NCBI GenBank assembly: GCA_024404675.1
Contig: JAKSPO010000009.1
Span: forward strand, 16,196 to 80,195
DNA from: Lachnospiraceae bacterium
GTDB taxonomy: Bacteria; Bacillota; Clostridia; Lachnospirales; Lachnospiraceae
Direction of reading: 5' to 3'
Length of the DNA stretch: 64,000 nt
The number at the start of each line of letters is the position of its first letter. The stretch's first letter is position 1. Both the position numbers and the translations under genes were made by a program. Shown piece after piece: positions 17,840 through 27,408 of the stretch. The notes under the pieces are model-generated. The model ran no database searches, had not been told where the DNA came from, and saw nothing but the letters and a program-made list of their open reading frames with translations.

Positions 17840-18703
17840 ATGATGGATTTTGAAGCATTTGTCAAAGACATATCAGACAATGGCTGGGCGGTGCACGGCG
17901 CGGAGGTTTATGAGAACGGAGTGCTGCTCAATAGCTTTGGCGATACCTGTGACAATATTTATGATTTATATTCTGCAACCAAGGCAGTTGTTTCCTGCGC
18001 TTGCGGTATTCTGTACGATCGCGGAATGCTCGATTTGCACGCGCCGATTCTTACCTATATGCCGAAGGCAAGGCTTGGGAGGATGTCTGCCGAGCAGCGG
18101 GAACGCTTTGCGGAGATTACCGTGGAGCGTCTTCTGACGATGTCGGTTGACGGCTTTCCCTTTCGACCGGAGGGGGACAGCTATCTGGATTTCAGCCTTG
18201 CTTGTTTGATTACGAATCCTTCGGCAGTTGTTTTCAATTATAACAACATTAACGCCTACCTGATCGGTGTGGCGCTTACCGAAATACTGGGAAGGGACCT
18301 TGGCGCATTTATCGAGGAGGAACTGTTTAAGCCTCTCGGCATTGCAAACTATACGTACGGCCGCTGCCCGGAGGGATACTTCTACGGTGCCAGCAAGCTG
18401 AAGCTTTCCGTGCATGATTTCAGCCGTTTCGGGTTGATGCTTTGTAACGGCGGCGTGTATAACGGAAAGCGCATCCTGTCGGAGGAATATATTCGACTCG
18501 CCACTTCCGGACACCTCCTTGTTCGGGAAGGACACTACGGTTATTTTATCTGGGGACTGCCAGCCGGCGGCTTTCGCCTGAGCGGCAAATGGGGCCAGAA
18601 ATGTTTCTGCTTCCCGGAGAGAGGCCTTGTAATCACTTACCTTAGCAATATGGAGGAAGGCTCTGAAGCGGTTGCACAGAGTATGGAGCGGCATCTTTTA
18701 TAG
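17840..18703 (+). CDS. serine hydrolase, beta-lactamase/transpeptidase-like family
   Basis: 287 aa. S-x-x-K motif 'YSATKAV' near the N-terminus, with class C beta-lactamase/esterase-like length. Confidence 0.6.
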   Translation: MMDFEAFVKDISDNGWAVHGAEVYENGVLLNSFGDTCDNIYDLYSATKAVVSCACGILYDRGMLDLHAPILTYMPKARLGRMSAEQRERFAEITVERLLTMSVDGFPFRPEGDSYLDFSLACLITNPSAVVFNYNNINAYLIGVALTEILGRDLGAFIEEELFKPLGIANYTYGRCPEGYFYGASKLKLSVHDFSRFGLMLCNGGVYNGKRILSEEYIRLATSGHLLVREGHYGYFIWGLPAGGFRLSGKWGQKCFCFPERGLVITYLSNMEEGSEAVAQSMERHLL

Positions 18704-18764
18704 AACCGATGGGATCTGAAGGAAGCGTATGCAGATCGGAAATCCCTAAAACGTAAAAGCATAT

Positions 18765-18839
18765 AAAAACCACCCTTTCGGTGTTCGGGCCTACCGGTTG
18801 AACGGTTAAGTCCCGACACTGTTGAAAGGGTGGTTTTTT
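18765..18839. terminator. bidirectional terminator between convergent genes
   Basis: AAAAACCACCCTTT (18765-18778) and AAAGGGTGGTTTTT (18825-18839) close a long stem, with A/T runs on both sides. Confidence 0.75.
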
Positions 18840-18862
18840 AGTTCTGTGGAATCAGCCCACGA

Positions 18863-20461
18863 TTATTTCTCTACCAGAATGACGTTGAAGGACAACGGTT
18901 TTACATGTGTCTTCAGAACGCCTGCCTTGATGGCAGCTTCCTTGTTGGCCTTCGGTGTGAAGAGCTCATCGTTTCCAAAGCTGCTCTTGGCATCCGGATC
19001 CTCGGTGGCAATCTCAAGGTGCGTGCAGCTCTTGTAGCCGGTGAAGCCCTTAACGTCAAGCTCGAGCGCGTAATCATCGGTTTCGTTACGGTTGATTACG
19101 AAGATGGCGAGACGGTCATTGGCCTTATCCCATGCACAGGCGCTGTCGATATAGTTGAGGCCTTCCTTACCGGTGTATTGCGAGGTGTCATCAATCGCAT
19201 AGCCGGGGATGTCAAAGGTTTCACTGTCCACGCTTACCTGCATGGAAGTGCCCTTTGCATAATTGAGAAGGGACATGAATGCGTAGTGGGAAGCGGAACG
19301 CCATACATTGTCATGGTTAGAGGAGCAAAGTGCGCCGAGGCCGCCGGTCATGCAGCCAATCTTCACGCGGTCTGCGTGACGAAGGAAGGCGAGCTGAATC
19401 GAAGCCATGGAAAGCATATGGATGCGGTCTCCGCCGGGCCACTGACGATCGGGCATCTTGTCCGGGTCGTGGAGAATGTATTTGCGGTTCGGGTCGAAGC
19501 GATAGTGGCTTCTTGTCATATTGTAGCGTCCCCAGCCGGGATTTAACGGGCTGTTCGGACGAATCATTCCGCCGTACTCGTCGAAGGAAATCATAATCTT
19601 CTTCGGGGAGCGATGCTTGGACTGCACGAAGTCGCACATTGCGATTTCCGTGTTGATGAAGTCCTCGTAGTATTCTGCGCCGCCGAGAAGAGAGAGAACG
19701 TCTCCGGGAGGTGCGCTGTGATAGTGGTGTACGGACAGGTAATCAACTGCATCGTAGCATACGTCAAGAACCTTCTCGTCCCACTCCGGAAAATGCTCCA
19801 TGAACGGTGCGGAGGAGCCACATACGCCGAGCTCAATCGTCGGATCAATCCACTTCATTGCCTTACCGGTTTCGTTACACATTACACCGTAGCCGAAGGG
19901 ATCCTTGTCCCACGAGCCAAGCTGCCAAGGGCCGTCCATCTCGTTTCCGAGATACCAGGTCTTAACGCCGTAGGGCTTCTCGTGGCCATTCTTGCGGCGA
20001 AGGTCGGACCAGTAGGTGCCGCCCTCGTGATTGGTATATTCCAGAAGGTCAAGTGCATCCTGGGTTCTGCCGATACCAAGGTTGACGGTGTACAAAGGTT
20101 CAGTCCCAATCTTCTCAGCCCACTGCAGGTACTCATCGTGACCAACCTCGTTGGTGATGTACTGATACCAGGCGGGATCAAGGTGAACCTTTCTTTCCGA
20201 CTTCGGGCCGATGGAATCCTTCCACTGCCAAGCGGAAACAAAGTTGCCGCCGGGAAGACGAACAGCCGGGAGACCGGTACTCTTCAAAGCATTGATGACG
20301 TCGGTACGAAAGCCCTGCTCATCGGCGGTCGGATGCTTCGGATTGAACATCGTGCCGTTGACCATGGTTCCGATCGGCTCAAGAAATGCCGAGAACAGGC
20401 GGTTTGAAATTTCCCCGATTTCAAACCTGGGATGAACCGTAATGGTTGCTTTCTTAGCCAT
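18863..20461 (-). CDS. GH51 alpha-L-arabinofuranosidase
   Basis: 532 aa. 'RLFSAFLEPIG', 'LPGGNFVS.W.W.D.IGP' and 'WYLGNEMDGPWQ' (acid/base Glu region) are typical of AbfA. Confidence 0.88.
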   Translation of the reverse strand: MAKKATITVHPRFEIGEISNRLFSAFLEPIGTMVNGTMFNPKHPTADEQGFRTDVINALKSTGLPAVRLPGGNFVSAWQWKDSIGPKSERKVHLDPAWYQYITNEVGHDEYLQWAEKIGTEPLYTVNLGIGRTQDALDLLEYTNHEGGTYWSDLRRKNGHEKPYGVKTWYLGNEMDGPWQLGSWDKDPFGYGVMCNETGKAMKWIDPTIELGVCGSSAPFMEHFPEWDEKVLDVCYDAVDYLSVHHYHSAPPGDVLSLLGGAEYYEDFINTEIAMCDFVQSKHRSPKKIMISFDEYGGMIRPNSPLNPGWGRYNMTRSHYRFDPNRKYILHDPDKMPDRQWPGGDRIHMLSMASIQLAFLRHADRVKIGCMTGGLGALCSSNHDNVWRSASHYAFMSLLNYAKGTSMQVSVDSETFDIPGYAIDDTSQYTGKEGLNYIDSACAWDKANDRLAIFVINRNETDDYALELDVKGFTGYKSCTHLEIATEDPDAKSSFGNDELFTPKANKEAAIKAGVLKTHVKPLSFNVILVEK

Positions 20462-20527
20462 AAAAAACCTCCAAACAAATATAGTTTATTAATACCGTAA
20501 TCGGTAGTAATCATAAGTAAGTCCGGT

Positions 20528-21985
20528 CTATCGGCCGGTGGAAATCTTCTTAATCCAGCGCTCACTCTTAAGACGGAAATAGCACCAGACTGTCTTGATA
20601 ATCTGGTCGGACTTCAGACAGATGTATACGAAGAAGGGTGAAAGCTTCAGAACAAAGCCTGCTACCGCACCGAGCGGAAGAGCAATCGCCCAGAGGTAGA
20701 TATTGTCCATCAGCATCAGCATCTTCGTGTCGCCGCCGCCGCGGAGCACGCCCTTGGTCATAATACTGTTGGCAGCCTGGAAGATGATGATCAGGCTGAT
20801 GGCATCCATCAGATGATTGGCAATTTCCTTATCGGAAGCGGTAATATCGTAGCCGGAAAGAATCAGCGAGCGGAAGCTGAAGATGAAAAGTGCCGAAATC
20901 GCACCGAGTGCAAGTCCGAGACCAAAGAACATCCAGCCCTGACGCATTGTCTTCTCGCGGTCGCCGGTTCCGAGCGTCTGACCCGTCACGATTGCACCGG
21001 CCTGGCTGACACCCTGAATACCGACCGTACTCATCTGCTGGGTTACGGCGGTTACCGAGTTCGCAGCGCCGAAGCCGAGCTTACCGATAATCATGGCAAA
21101 TGTGTTATTACCGAAAGCAAGCAGACCGTCGCTGATGAGTACCGGAATACAGATACGGATGTATTCCCCGATCAGGCTTATGCAGGACATAAACATGTGT
21201 CTGATGCGGAAGGCAATCTTCTTATCCACAACGAAGAGATAGAAGAGGATGCAGGAAGCTTCGAATATTCTTGCAATCAGTGTTGCAAGTGCGGCACCCT
21301 CGACCTCCATACGGGGCGCGCCCCATTTGCCGAAGATGAGCATATAGTTCGCAATCAGGTTTACAAAAAGTGCGCCGATGGAAACGAACAGGGGATAAAG
21401 TGCCTGTCCGACGCTTCGAAGCACGATTGTGGTTGTAAGCGATGTGCCGAGGAAGAAATATGTTACAACGGAATAGCGCAGATAGCCGGAACCGCGGGCA
21501 ATAATATCCGAGGCCTGTGAATCCTTAAGGTTGACGTAGGACTTCATAATGGACTCGGGCATTGCCAACGTGATAACGGCGAAGATGAGCGCGAGACCGA
21601 TTGTCAGGCGAAGCATCAGGCTTATGGTCTGTCTCAAGGCGTGTTCGGCCTTGCCGTTACCGGTTACGGGATCGAGCTCGTCGCCCTTCTGCTTCATACC
21701 CCAGTAACGGGATACAAGCACGGAAGCACCCATACCGAGTCCCATGCAGAGAATGTGATAGATGCTGATGAAGGAGTTGGCAAATGCGGCCGCCGACACC
21801 GAGTTACTGCTGACAATCTTGGAGGCCTCCTCACCGATGGTCGGCGCAAGGCTGCTTCCGATTCTTCCGAGCATGATGGTATCAAGCATATTTACGCCGA
21901 CCGTCAGAAGGCTCTGCAGGGCAATCGGCAATGCAAGAATCAGAACGCGTTTGTAAAATGGCATGTCTTTTTGAAATAACTTCAT
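20528..21985 (-). CDS. MATE family efflux transporter
   Basis: 485 aa with 12 predicted helices. N-terminal 'LALPIALQSLL...NMLDTIMLGR' signature. Confidence 0.8.
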   Translation of the reverse strand: MKLFQKDMPFYKRVLILALPIALQSLLTVGVNMLDTIMLGRIGSSLAPTIGEEASKIVSSNSVSAAAFANSFISIYHILCMGLGMGASVLVSRYWGMKQKGDELDPVTGNGKAEHALRQTISLMLRLTIGLALIFAVITLAMPESIMKSYVNLKDSQASDIIARGSGYLRYSVVTYFFLGTSLTTTIVLRSVGQALYPLFVSIGALFVNLIANYMLIFGKWGAPRMEVEGAALATLIARIFEASCILFYLFVVDKKIAFRIRHMFMSCISLIGEYIRICIPVLISDGLLAFGNNTFAMIIGKLGFGAANSVTAVTQQMSTVGIQGVSQAGAIVTGQTLGTGDREKTMRQGWMFFGLGLALGAISALFIFSFRSLILSGYDITASDKEIANHLMDAISLIIIFQAANSIMTKGVLRGGGDTKMLMLMDNIYLWAIALPLGAVAGFVLKLSPFFVYICLKSDQIIKTVWCYFRLKSERWIKKISTGR

Positions 21986-21997
21986 ATCCTTTGTCCT

Positions 21998-24196
21998 TTA
22001 TATGGATTTCTTTTGATCACTGACTTTATATTCGCCGGAAATGATGTGCAGGCGAAGCTCGTGCGCGAAGGAGCGGTCTCCCTGCTTCGCTACCGTGATC
22101 TTCTTTCGTCCGCTGTCGTAGTGAAGCTTTGACAGGCAGCAGGCGCCGTTTTCATAATCATATCCGTCACCGGCGTCATCATATAAGAGAAAATCACCGT
22201 CGGCGCCGTCATAAACATACACCTCGTAGGGGGCATTCGGAACCTCGTCCGTGTACTGCATGGTCCGGACGGTCGGGATGATCGCACCGGCACGCGCGAA
22301 GACGGGAATCGTCTGAAGCGTGACAGAAACGGTATGTAAACCGCCCTGCAGGCAACGGCCGCTGTATAAATCGTACCAGAGTCCCTCCGGCAGGAAGATC
22401 TCCATCGAGGTGATACCGGGCTTTGTTACCGGGCATACTAACAGATCACCAAGCATAAACTCCTCGTACGCCTTATGGTGCGTAACACCGGGGTACGAAA
22501 GCGCCAGAGGCTTGATCATCGCTTTTCCATACATCGAATAGGCGGCACTCAAAGAGTACAGGTACGGTACAAGTCTGGTACGGAACCGGATTGTCTCGGC
22601 AATCGCATCGTAGAACGGCGTTCCGGCTTCGCCAAAATGCCAGATTTCTCTTGGTGTGTCACTGCCGTGGGAGCGCATCATCGGGGTAAATGCGGCAAAT
22701 TGCAACCATCTCGTGTAGAGCTCCCGGTACAGAGGATCCTCGCAGCCATTTGTGTATTCGCCCTTTCGGAACCAAAGCGGCGCGGAGGCTGTGAAGAAGC
22801 CGCCGATGTCGCTGTTCCAGTAGGCCTCACCGGAGGAGCAGTAGTTCTGTAGAATATGTACCTGACGCCGTAGCGTCTCCCAGGACGCGCTTACATCGCC
22901 GGACCAGACGACGGTGCCGTAGCGATGCTGTCCCGCAAAGGCGGAACGGGTCAGGTTCAGAACTCTCTTCGTGCTTACCCTCCGCTGGTTTTCGTAGATG
23001 CCGCGGGAGTGAAAGAGCGAGTAGGCATTGATCAGGGAATCGTCAATATTATTCTTGAATTCGGAAACGGAGCGGGCGCATGACTCGGCAGCCTCCGGTC
23101 GCACCTCGCCACCCCAGACAGCATCGTAGGGCTCGGAGGAATCACACCACCAGGCATCGATTCCGTGACGGAAAAGTCCCTCCTCGGCCTGCTTCCAGTA
23201 AAGTGCCCTTGCCTCTTCGGAAAAAGCGTTGTAGACGCTTCCGTCCGGTAACAGAAAGCCGGCCTCCTCCATCTCCCGATGGTTACTGCCGCCGATCATA
23301 TTCGGCCAGATGGAAATCATCGCATGTGCGCCCATATCGTGGACGCGGCGGAGACAGTCGGCTAAGTCTTCGTAGCGTGCGGGGTCGAGCACCTTCTCGC
23401 CCCATTGACCGTCCTTCCAATAGAACCAGTCCTGCACGATTCCGTCAAGCGGAACCCTTCGTTTACGGTATTCCGAAACAACCTCCGGAAGCTCGGAGGC
23501 ACGGACGTAGCGTTCCTTTGATTGAATGTAGCCGAAGCTCCATTTCGGAAGAAGCGGCGCGGGGCCGGTTAGCTCCCGATAGCTTTGGCATATATGATCA
23601 TAGCTGCCGGTCAGAAGATAAAGTGTCACATTCTCGGCGGCGTCAATGTAGAGTCGGATGGTAGAGGGCTCGGAATTGTCAAAACACATATAAGAGGCGT
23701 TGTCAATGAGACAGGCATAGCCCCTTGCGGAAACGAAGAAGGGAACGGCAATCCGCATATTTTCCTGATAAAGCCGCACGGTACGGCCATTCAGACAGGC
23801 ATAGCCCTCCTCGTGGCTACCGAGTCCGAAGAGCGGCGCGTCGTCTACGGTGAAGGAAAAGCGGGCGTGACGGTCGGTTCTTACGGTATGTGTCTTACCT
23901 TCGGTGCGCATGGTGCGAACACCATCGACCGTGTCCCTCGTAAGGATGCTGCCGCCTCCCTTACGGGTAACCTCGTAGGGCTCAAATTCCGGTGCGGAGA
24001 GTACGGTGAGTACCTCGCCCTGAAAGCGAAGCGTAAGTGTGCCTCCATCGTCCGTAAGTGTATAATCGGACGAGCCCAAAGGCAGTTCTTCGCAGGACCA
24101 ATCCTTCGTAACGGCAAGTCCTTTGGCGGAAGAATCTCCGAGTGAGATTCGGAATACGCCCGGCATACATTCATAAAAAGAATACTGTTCCTGCAA
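21998..24196 (-). CDS. GH31 alpha-glycosidase (alpha-xylosidase/alpha-glucosidase type), cytoplasmic
   Basis: 732 aa. 'PKWSFGYIQSKERY', 'PLDGIVQDWFYW', 'IDAWWCDSSEP' and 'VVWSGD' blocks resemble the GH31 catalytic domain. Substrate not determinable by eye. Confidence 0.75.
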   Translation of the reverse strand: MQEQYSFYECMPGVFRISLGDSSAKGLAVTKDWSCEELPLGSSDYTLTDDGGTLTLRFQGEVLTVLSAPEFEPYEVTRKGGGSILTRDTVDGVRTMRTEGKTHTVRTDRHARFSFTVDDAPLFGLGSHEEGYACLNGRTVRLYQENMRIAVPFFVSARGYACLIDNASYMCFDNSEPSTIRLYIDAAENVTLYLLTGSYDHICQSYRELTGPAPLLPKWSFGYIQSKERYVRASELPEVVSEYRKRRVPLDGIVQDWFYWKDGQWGEKVLDPARYEDLADCLRRVHDMGAHAMISIWPNMIGGSNHREMEEAGFLLPDGSVYNAFSEEARALYWKQAEEGLFRHGIDAWWCDSSEPYDAVWGGEVRPEAAESCARSVSEFKNNIDDSLINAYSLFHSRGIYENQRRVSTKRVLNLTRSAFAGQHRYGTVVWSGDVSASWETLRRQVHILQNYCSSGEAYWNSDIGGFFTASAPLWFRKGEYTNGCEDPLYRELYTRWLQFAAFTPMMRSHGSDTPREIWHFGEAGTPFYDAIAETIRFRTRLVPYLYSLSAAYSMYGKAMIKPLALSYPGVTHHKAYEEFMLGDLLVCPVTKPGITSMEIFLPEGLWYDLYSGRCLQGGLHTVSVTLQTIPVFARAGAIIPTVRTMQYTDEVPNAPYEVYVYDGADGDFLLYDDAGDGYDYENGACCLSKLHYDSGRKKITVAKQGDRSFAHELRLHIISGEYKVSDQKKSI

Positions 24197-24445
24197 GCTG
24201 TTATTCTCCTCTCCGTAAAATCGCTTCTGTGAGTCGCGTCCCGAGTTAGTATAACATTGAAAATATCAAAAAACAACCTCTCTGATGCGAAAGAATTGAA
24301 AGTATGGAATCCTTTTGTAGTATGTTATCTTTTTCGGGGCAGGGGTTGAGGGTTTTTCTTTAAAATGTTATAATGATTATAATGTACGGGCGGTATTATT
24401 CGGCGCCCGGCGGATTAGAATTTTTATGGAAAGGATATAGATCGA

Positions 24446-26530
24446 ATGGCTGAGAAAACAATTCTTAACGAGGTCTACAAGGACTATTTCAAAATCGGCG
24501 TTGCTGCGGAGAGAGTGCATGAGCGCAATCCTAACAACGAGATTGGCAATCCCGCGAAGGAGGCAGTGATTGCCGAGCAGTTCGGCAGTATGACCTTCTG
24601 TAACGAGTTAAAGCCGATGTACAATATGGGCTTTACCGCACCGGAGGCTAAGGAGGATTATCTTCCCTTTGTCATCAATGAGAATGCAAAGGAGCTGCTT
24701 GACTGGGCGAAGGCGAACGGAATGCCCGTGCGCGGTCATGTGCTTGTATGGCACAGCCAGTGCCCGAAGGAGGTATTCTGTAAGAATTATACCCCGGTTA
24801 CCATCCCGACCGATCCGGAGCTTCTTAAGGAGCGTCCGATGCTTAAGCACTTCGAGAAGCTTGATCCGGTATGCTATGTGGACCGCGAGACGATGCTTAA
24901 GCGACTCCGCAGCTATATCTATTCTCTGATGGAATATATGTATGCGAACGATTATGCAACCACCATTTATGCGTGGGACGTAGTTAACGAAGCAATCGAG
25001 CTTGCCGACAAGACTGAGACCGGACTTAGAAATTCCTACTGGTATCAGGTAATCGGTGATGATTTCATCTACTGGGCATTTCTCTATGCAAGAGGCGCAG
25101 AGCTTGAGATGTCTGCCCGCTATGCGGCACGCTACGGCATCGATCCGAAGGACGAAGCCGGACTTAGGAAGATTCAGCCGAAGCTTTTTTATAACGATTA
25201 CAACGAGTGGATGGCCGACAAGAAGGCAGCCATCATCGGTGCGCTGACAAGAGAGACCGCCGAGCACGGAAGCATCGTTTCGGAGGGACTGATCGACGGT
25301 ATCGGTATGCAGGGACACCTGTCCGATAACAACAATATCGATGAGTATATCGCAGCACTTGAGGAGTACGCAAAGCTTGTTTCCGAGGTTCATATTACGG
25401 AGCTTGACGTCAAGTGCACCTGTACGAACCGCAATGCGGAATACTATCAGGCTTTGTTCTACAGAAACCTGTTTGAGCGCTTGCTTCAGGCAAAGCGTGA
25501 GGGCAATAATCTGACGGCGGTTACGCTTTGGGGTCTCACGGACGATAACTCCTGGATTCGTGGCGCAAACCCGCTTCTCTATCATGCGGACCTCTCTACG
25601 AAGAAGGCTTACGATGCTCTGATTTATGCGGTACAGGGCGGCGACCTCGGACAGCCCGAGAAGATTATTCTCGATCTTTCCGATCGTCACTTCGACTTTG
25701 AGCCGAAGGCAGACGGAACGCCTGTTAAGCTTGAGGAGCTTGGCTTTAAGATGCGCGGCTTCGGTGAGATTGAGCTTACCGATAAGGTGGTTCACAGCGG
25801 TAAGTATGCGCTTGCCAACGAGAAGCGTTTCGGTGACTGGTGCGGCATCAGCCTGAATGTAAGCGATTTCATCGGCCAGACGATTCGCGTAAGCGGCTAT
25901 GTCAAATCCGCAGCAGAGGCTGTCAATCTGACCGCAGATCTCGGAAACGAGTATCCGTTAATCTGTACGGCGAAGACCGCAGACGGCGAGTGGGCATATA
26001 TGGAAGGCACCTACACGATTCCCAGTGATGTTTATGCGATGTTTTTGAACTTCAGTGCGGTTGAGCCTGCGGGGCAGAACAACGCTGTTTATGTGGATGA
26101 TATGGAGATCAAGCTCCTCGGTCTTTACGAGAGCTTTGAGGGACGTGCCAATATTGCGGCAATCAGAGGCGCAGGCCATCTGCCGTTCCTCTATGTAAAC
26201 GATAAGGAATCTCGCGACGGAAAGAGCCATTCGCTCTGTGTAACCCGTCAGGAGAAGGACGCTACCGTGAAGCTGAATATCGCACCTTATATCGGTCATA
26301 CCGTTTCGGTAACCGTATTCGTAAAGACAACCGACAAGGTTGCCCGTATCGGTCTTGACGGTGCCGTTCCGACGAAGCTTACCGAGATTTCCGTAGTGCC
26401 CGGAGAGTGGAACGAGATCAAGGCTTGTGTAACGCTTCCTGAGGAGCTCAACTCTGCGGAAATCTATGTGGAGACAGACGGCAATGCCGACCTTTATCTG
26501 GATGACATTTCCGTTGTTATGTGCGAATAA
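24446..26530 (+). CDS. GH10 endo-1,4-beta-xylanase with two C-terminal CBM4_9/CBM22-like modules, no signal peptide
   Basis: 694 aa. 'YAWDVVNEAIE' and 'HITELDV' motifs. Two ~140-aa C-terminal modules end in 'VYVDDMEIKL' and 'LYLDDISVV', typical of CBM4_9/22. The N-terminus MAEKTILNEVYKDYFKIG is not hydrophobic. Confidence 0.85.
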   Translation: MAEKTILNEVYKDYFKIGVAAERVHERNPNNEIGNPAKEAVIAEQFGSMTFCNELKPMYNMGFTAPEAKEDYLPFVINENAKELLDWAKANGMPVRGHVLVWHSQCPKEVFCKNYTPVTIPTDPELLKERPMLKHFEKLDPVCYVDRETMLKRLRSYIYSLMEYMYANDYATTIYAWDVVNEAIELADKTETGLRNSYWYQVIGDDFIYWAFLYARGAELEMSARYAARYGIDPKDEAGLRKIQPKLFYNDYNEWMADKKAAIIGALTRETAEHGSIVSEGLIDGIGMQGHLSDNNNIDEYIAALEEYAKLVSEVHITELDVKCTCTNRNAEYYQALFYRNLFERLLQAKREGNNLTAVTLWGLTDDNSWIRGANPLLYHADLSTKKAYDALIYAVQGGDLGQPEKIILDLSDRHFDFEPKADGTPVKLEELGFKMRGFGEIELTDKVVHSGKYALANEKRFGDWCGISLNVSDFIGQTIRVSGYVKSAAEAVNLTADLGNEYPLICTAKTADGEWAYMEGTYTIPSDVYAMFLNFSAVEPAGQNNAVYVDDMEIKLLGLYESFEGRANIAAIRGAGHLPFLYVNDKESRDGKSHSLCVTRQEKDATVKLNIAPYIGHTVSVTVFVKTTDKVARIGLDGAVPTKLTEISVVPGEWNEIKACVTLPEELNSAEIYVETDGNADLYLDDISVVMCE

Positions 26531-26551
26531 ATGGCGTGAGCCAACTATGAT

Positions 26552-26584
26552 ACCGAGAATGTCAAAAGGGCATTCTCGGTTTTG
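26552..26584 (+). terminator. rho-independent terminator
   Basis: ACCGAGAATG (26552-26561) pairs with CATTCTCGGT (26571-26580), followed by TTTG. A second hairpin GCCGCTTGCGGC with a T7 run follows. Confidence 0.7.
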
Positions 26585-26654
26585 TGCCCGTATGGCAAGC
26601 CTTGCCGCTTGCGGCATGTTTTTTTGAATGAAATGTATTTTGGAGGGATGAAAG

Positions 26655-27308
26655 ATGAGATCAATAAAAGTAACCGGTAAGGGCCTTCTGAAGGTTAAGC
26701 CGGACACCATGAGACTTTTGCTAACAACAACGGATACGAAGAAGGATTACGCGGATGCGCTTCAGGCCTCTGCGGATATGACCGGAATTCTTCGCGGTGT
26801 GGCAGCAGAATGCGGGTTTACGGAAGAGGAGCTTAAGACGACAAGCTTCGTTGTGGACCCGGACTATGAGGGCTATCAGGATAAGAACGGCAACTGGCGT
26901 CAGAAGCTTAAGGGCTACCGCTATACTCATGAGCTGAAGCTTGAGTTCCCGCTTGACAATGAGCGACTCGGAAGACTCCTGTATGCGCTTTCAAAAAGCG
27001 GCAGTAAGGCGGAGTTTCGCATTCAGTATACCGTAGCCGATATGGAGGCAAGCCGCAACGAGCTCCTTCGCCTTGCGGTAGAGGATGCAAAGCGGAAGGC
27101 AACGATTCTTGCGGAGGCAGCCGGCGTTTCGCTTGGTGCGCTGAATACAATTGATTATTCCTTCGGTGCAAGGGACTTTGTTGCGGAGCCGATGGCATTT
27201 CGCGAGTGCAGCAAGGCATCCGATGGGGTGTACGGCATGGCGCTTGACATGACGCCGGACGAGATTCGTGCGGAGGACAGTGTAACCGTTCTCTGGGAGA
27301 TCCGTTAA
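26655..27308 (+). CDS. SIMPL (DUF541) domain protein
   Basis: 217 aa. 'IKVTGKGLLKVKPDTMRLLL' start and overall beta-alpha pattern are typical of the SIMPL/26-kDa periplasmic immunogenic protein family. Confidence 0.6.
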   Translation: MRSIKVTGKGLLKVKPDTMRLLLTTTDTKKDYADALQASADMTGILRGVAAECGFTEEELKTTSFVVDPDYEGYQDKNGNWRQKLKGYRYTHELKLEFPLDNERLGRLLYALSKSGSKAEFRIQYTVADMEASRNELLRLAVEDAKRKATILAEAAGVSLGALNTIDYSFGARDFVAEPMAFRECSKASDGVYGMALDMTPDEIRAEDSVTVLWEIR

Positions 27309-27408
27309 TGTATTTATAGAGAATAGTACAACTTCCCGATGAAAACAGCTAACATTCTTTGCGAAGAATGTAGTATAATGAACTCTGCCAAAGGAGGGCG
27401 CGTAATAT

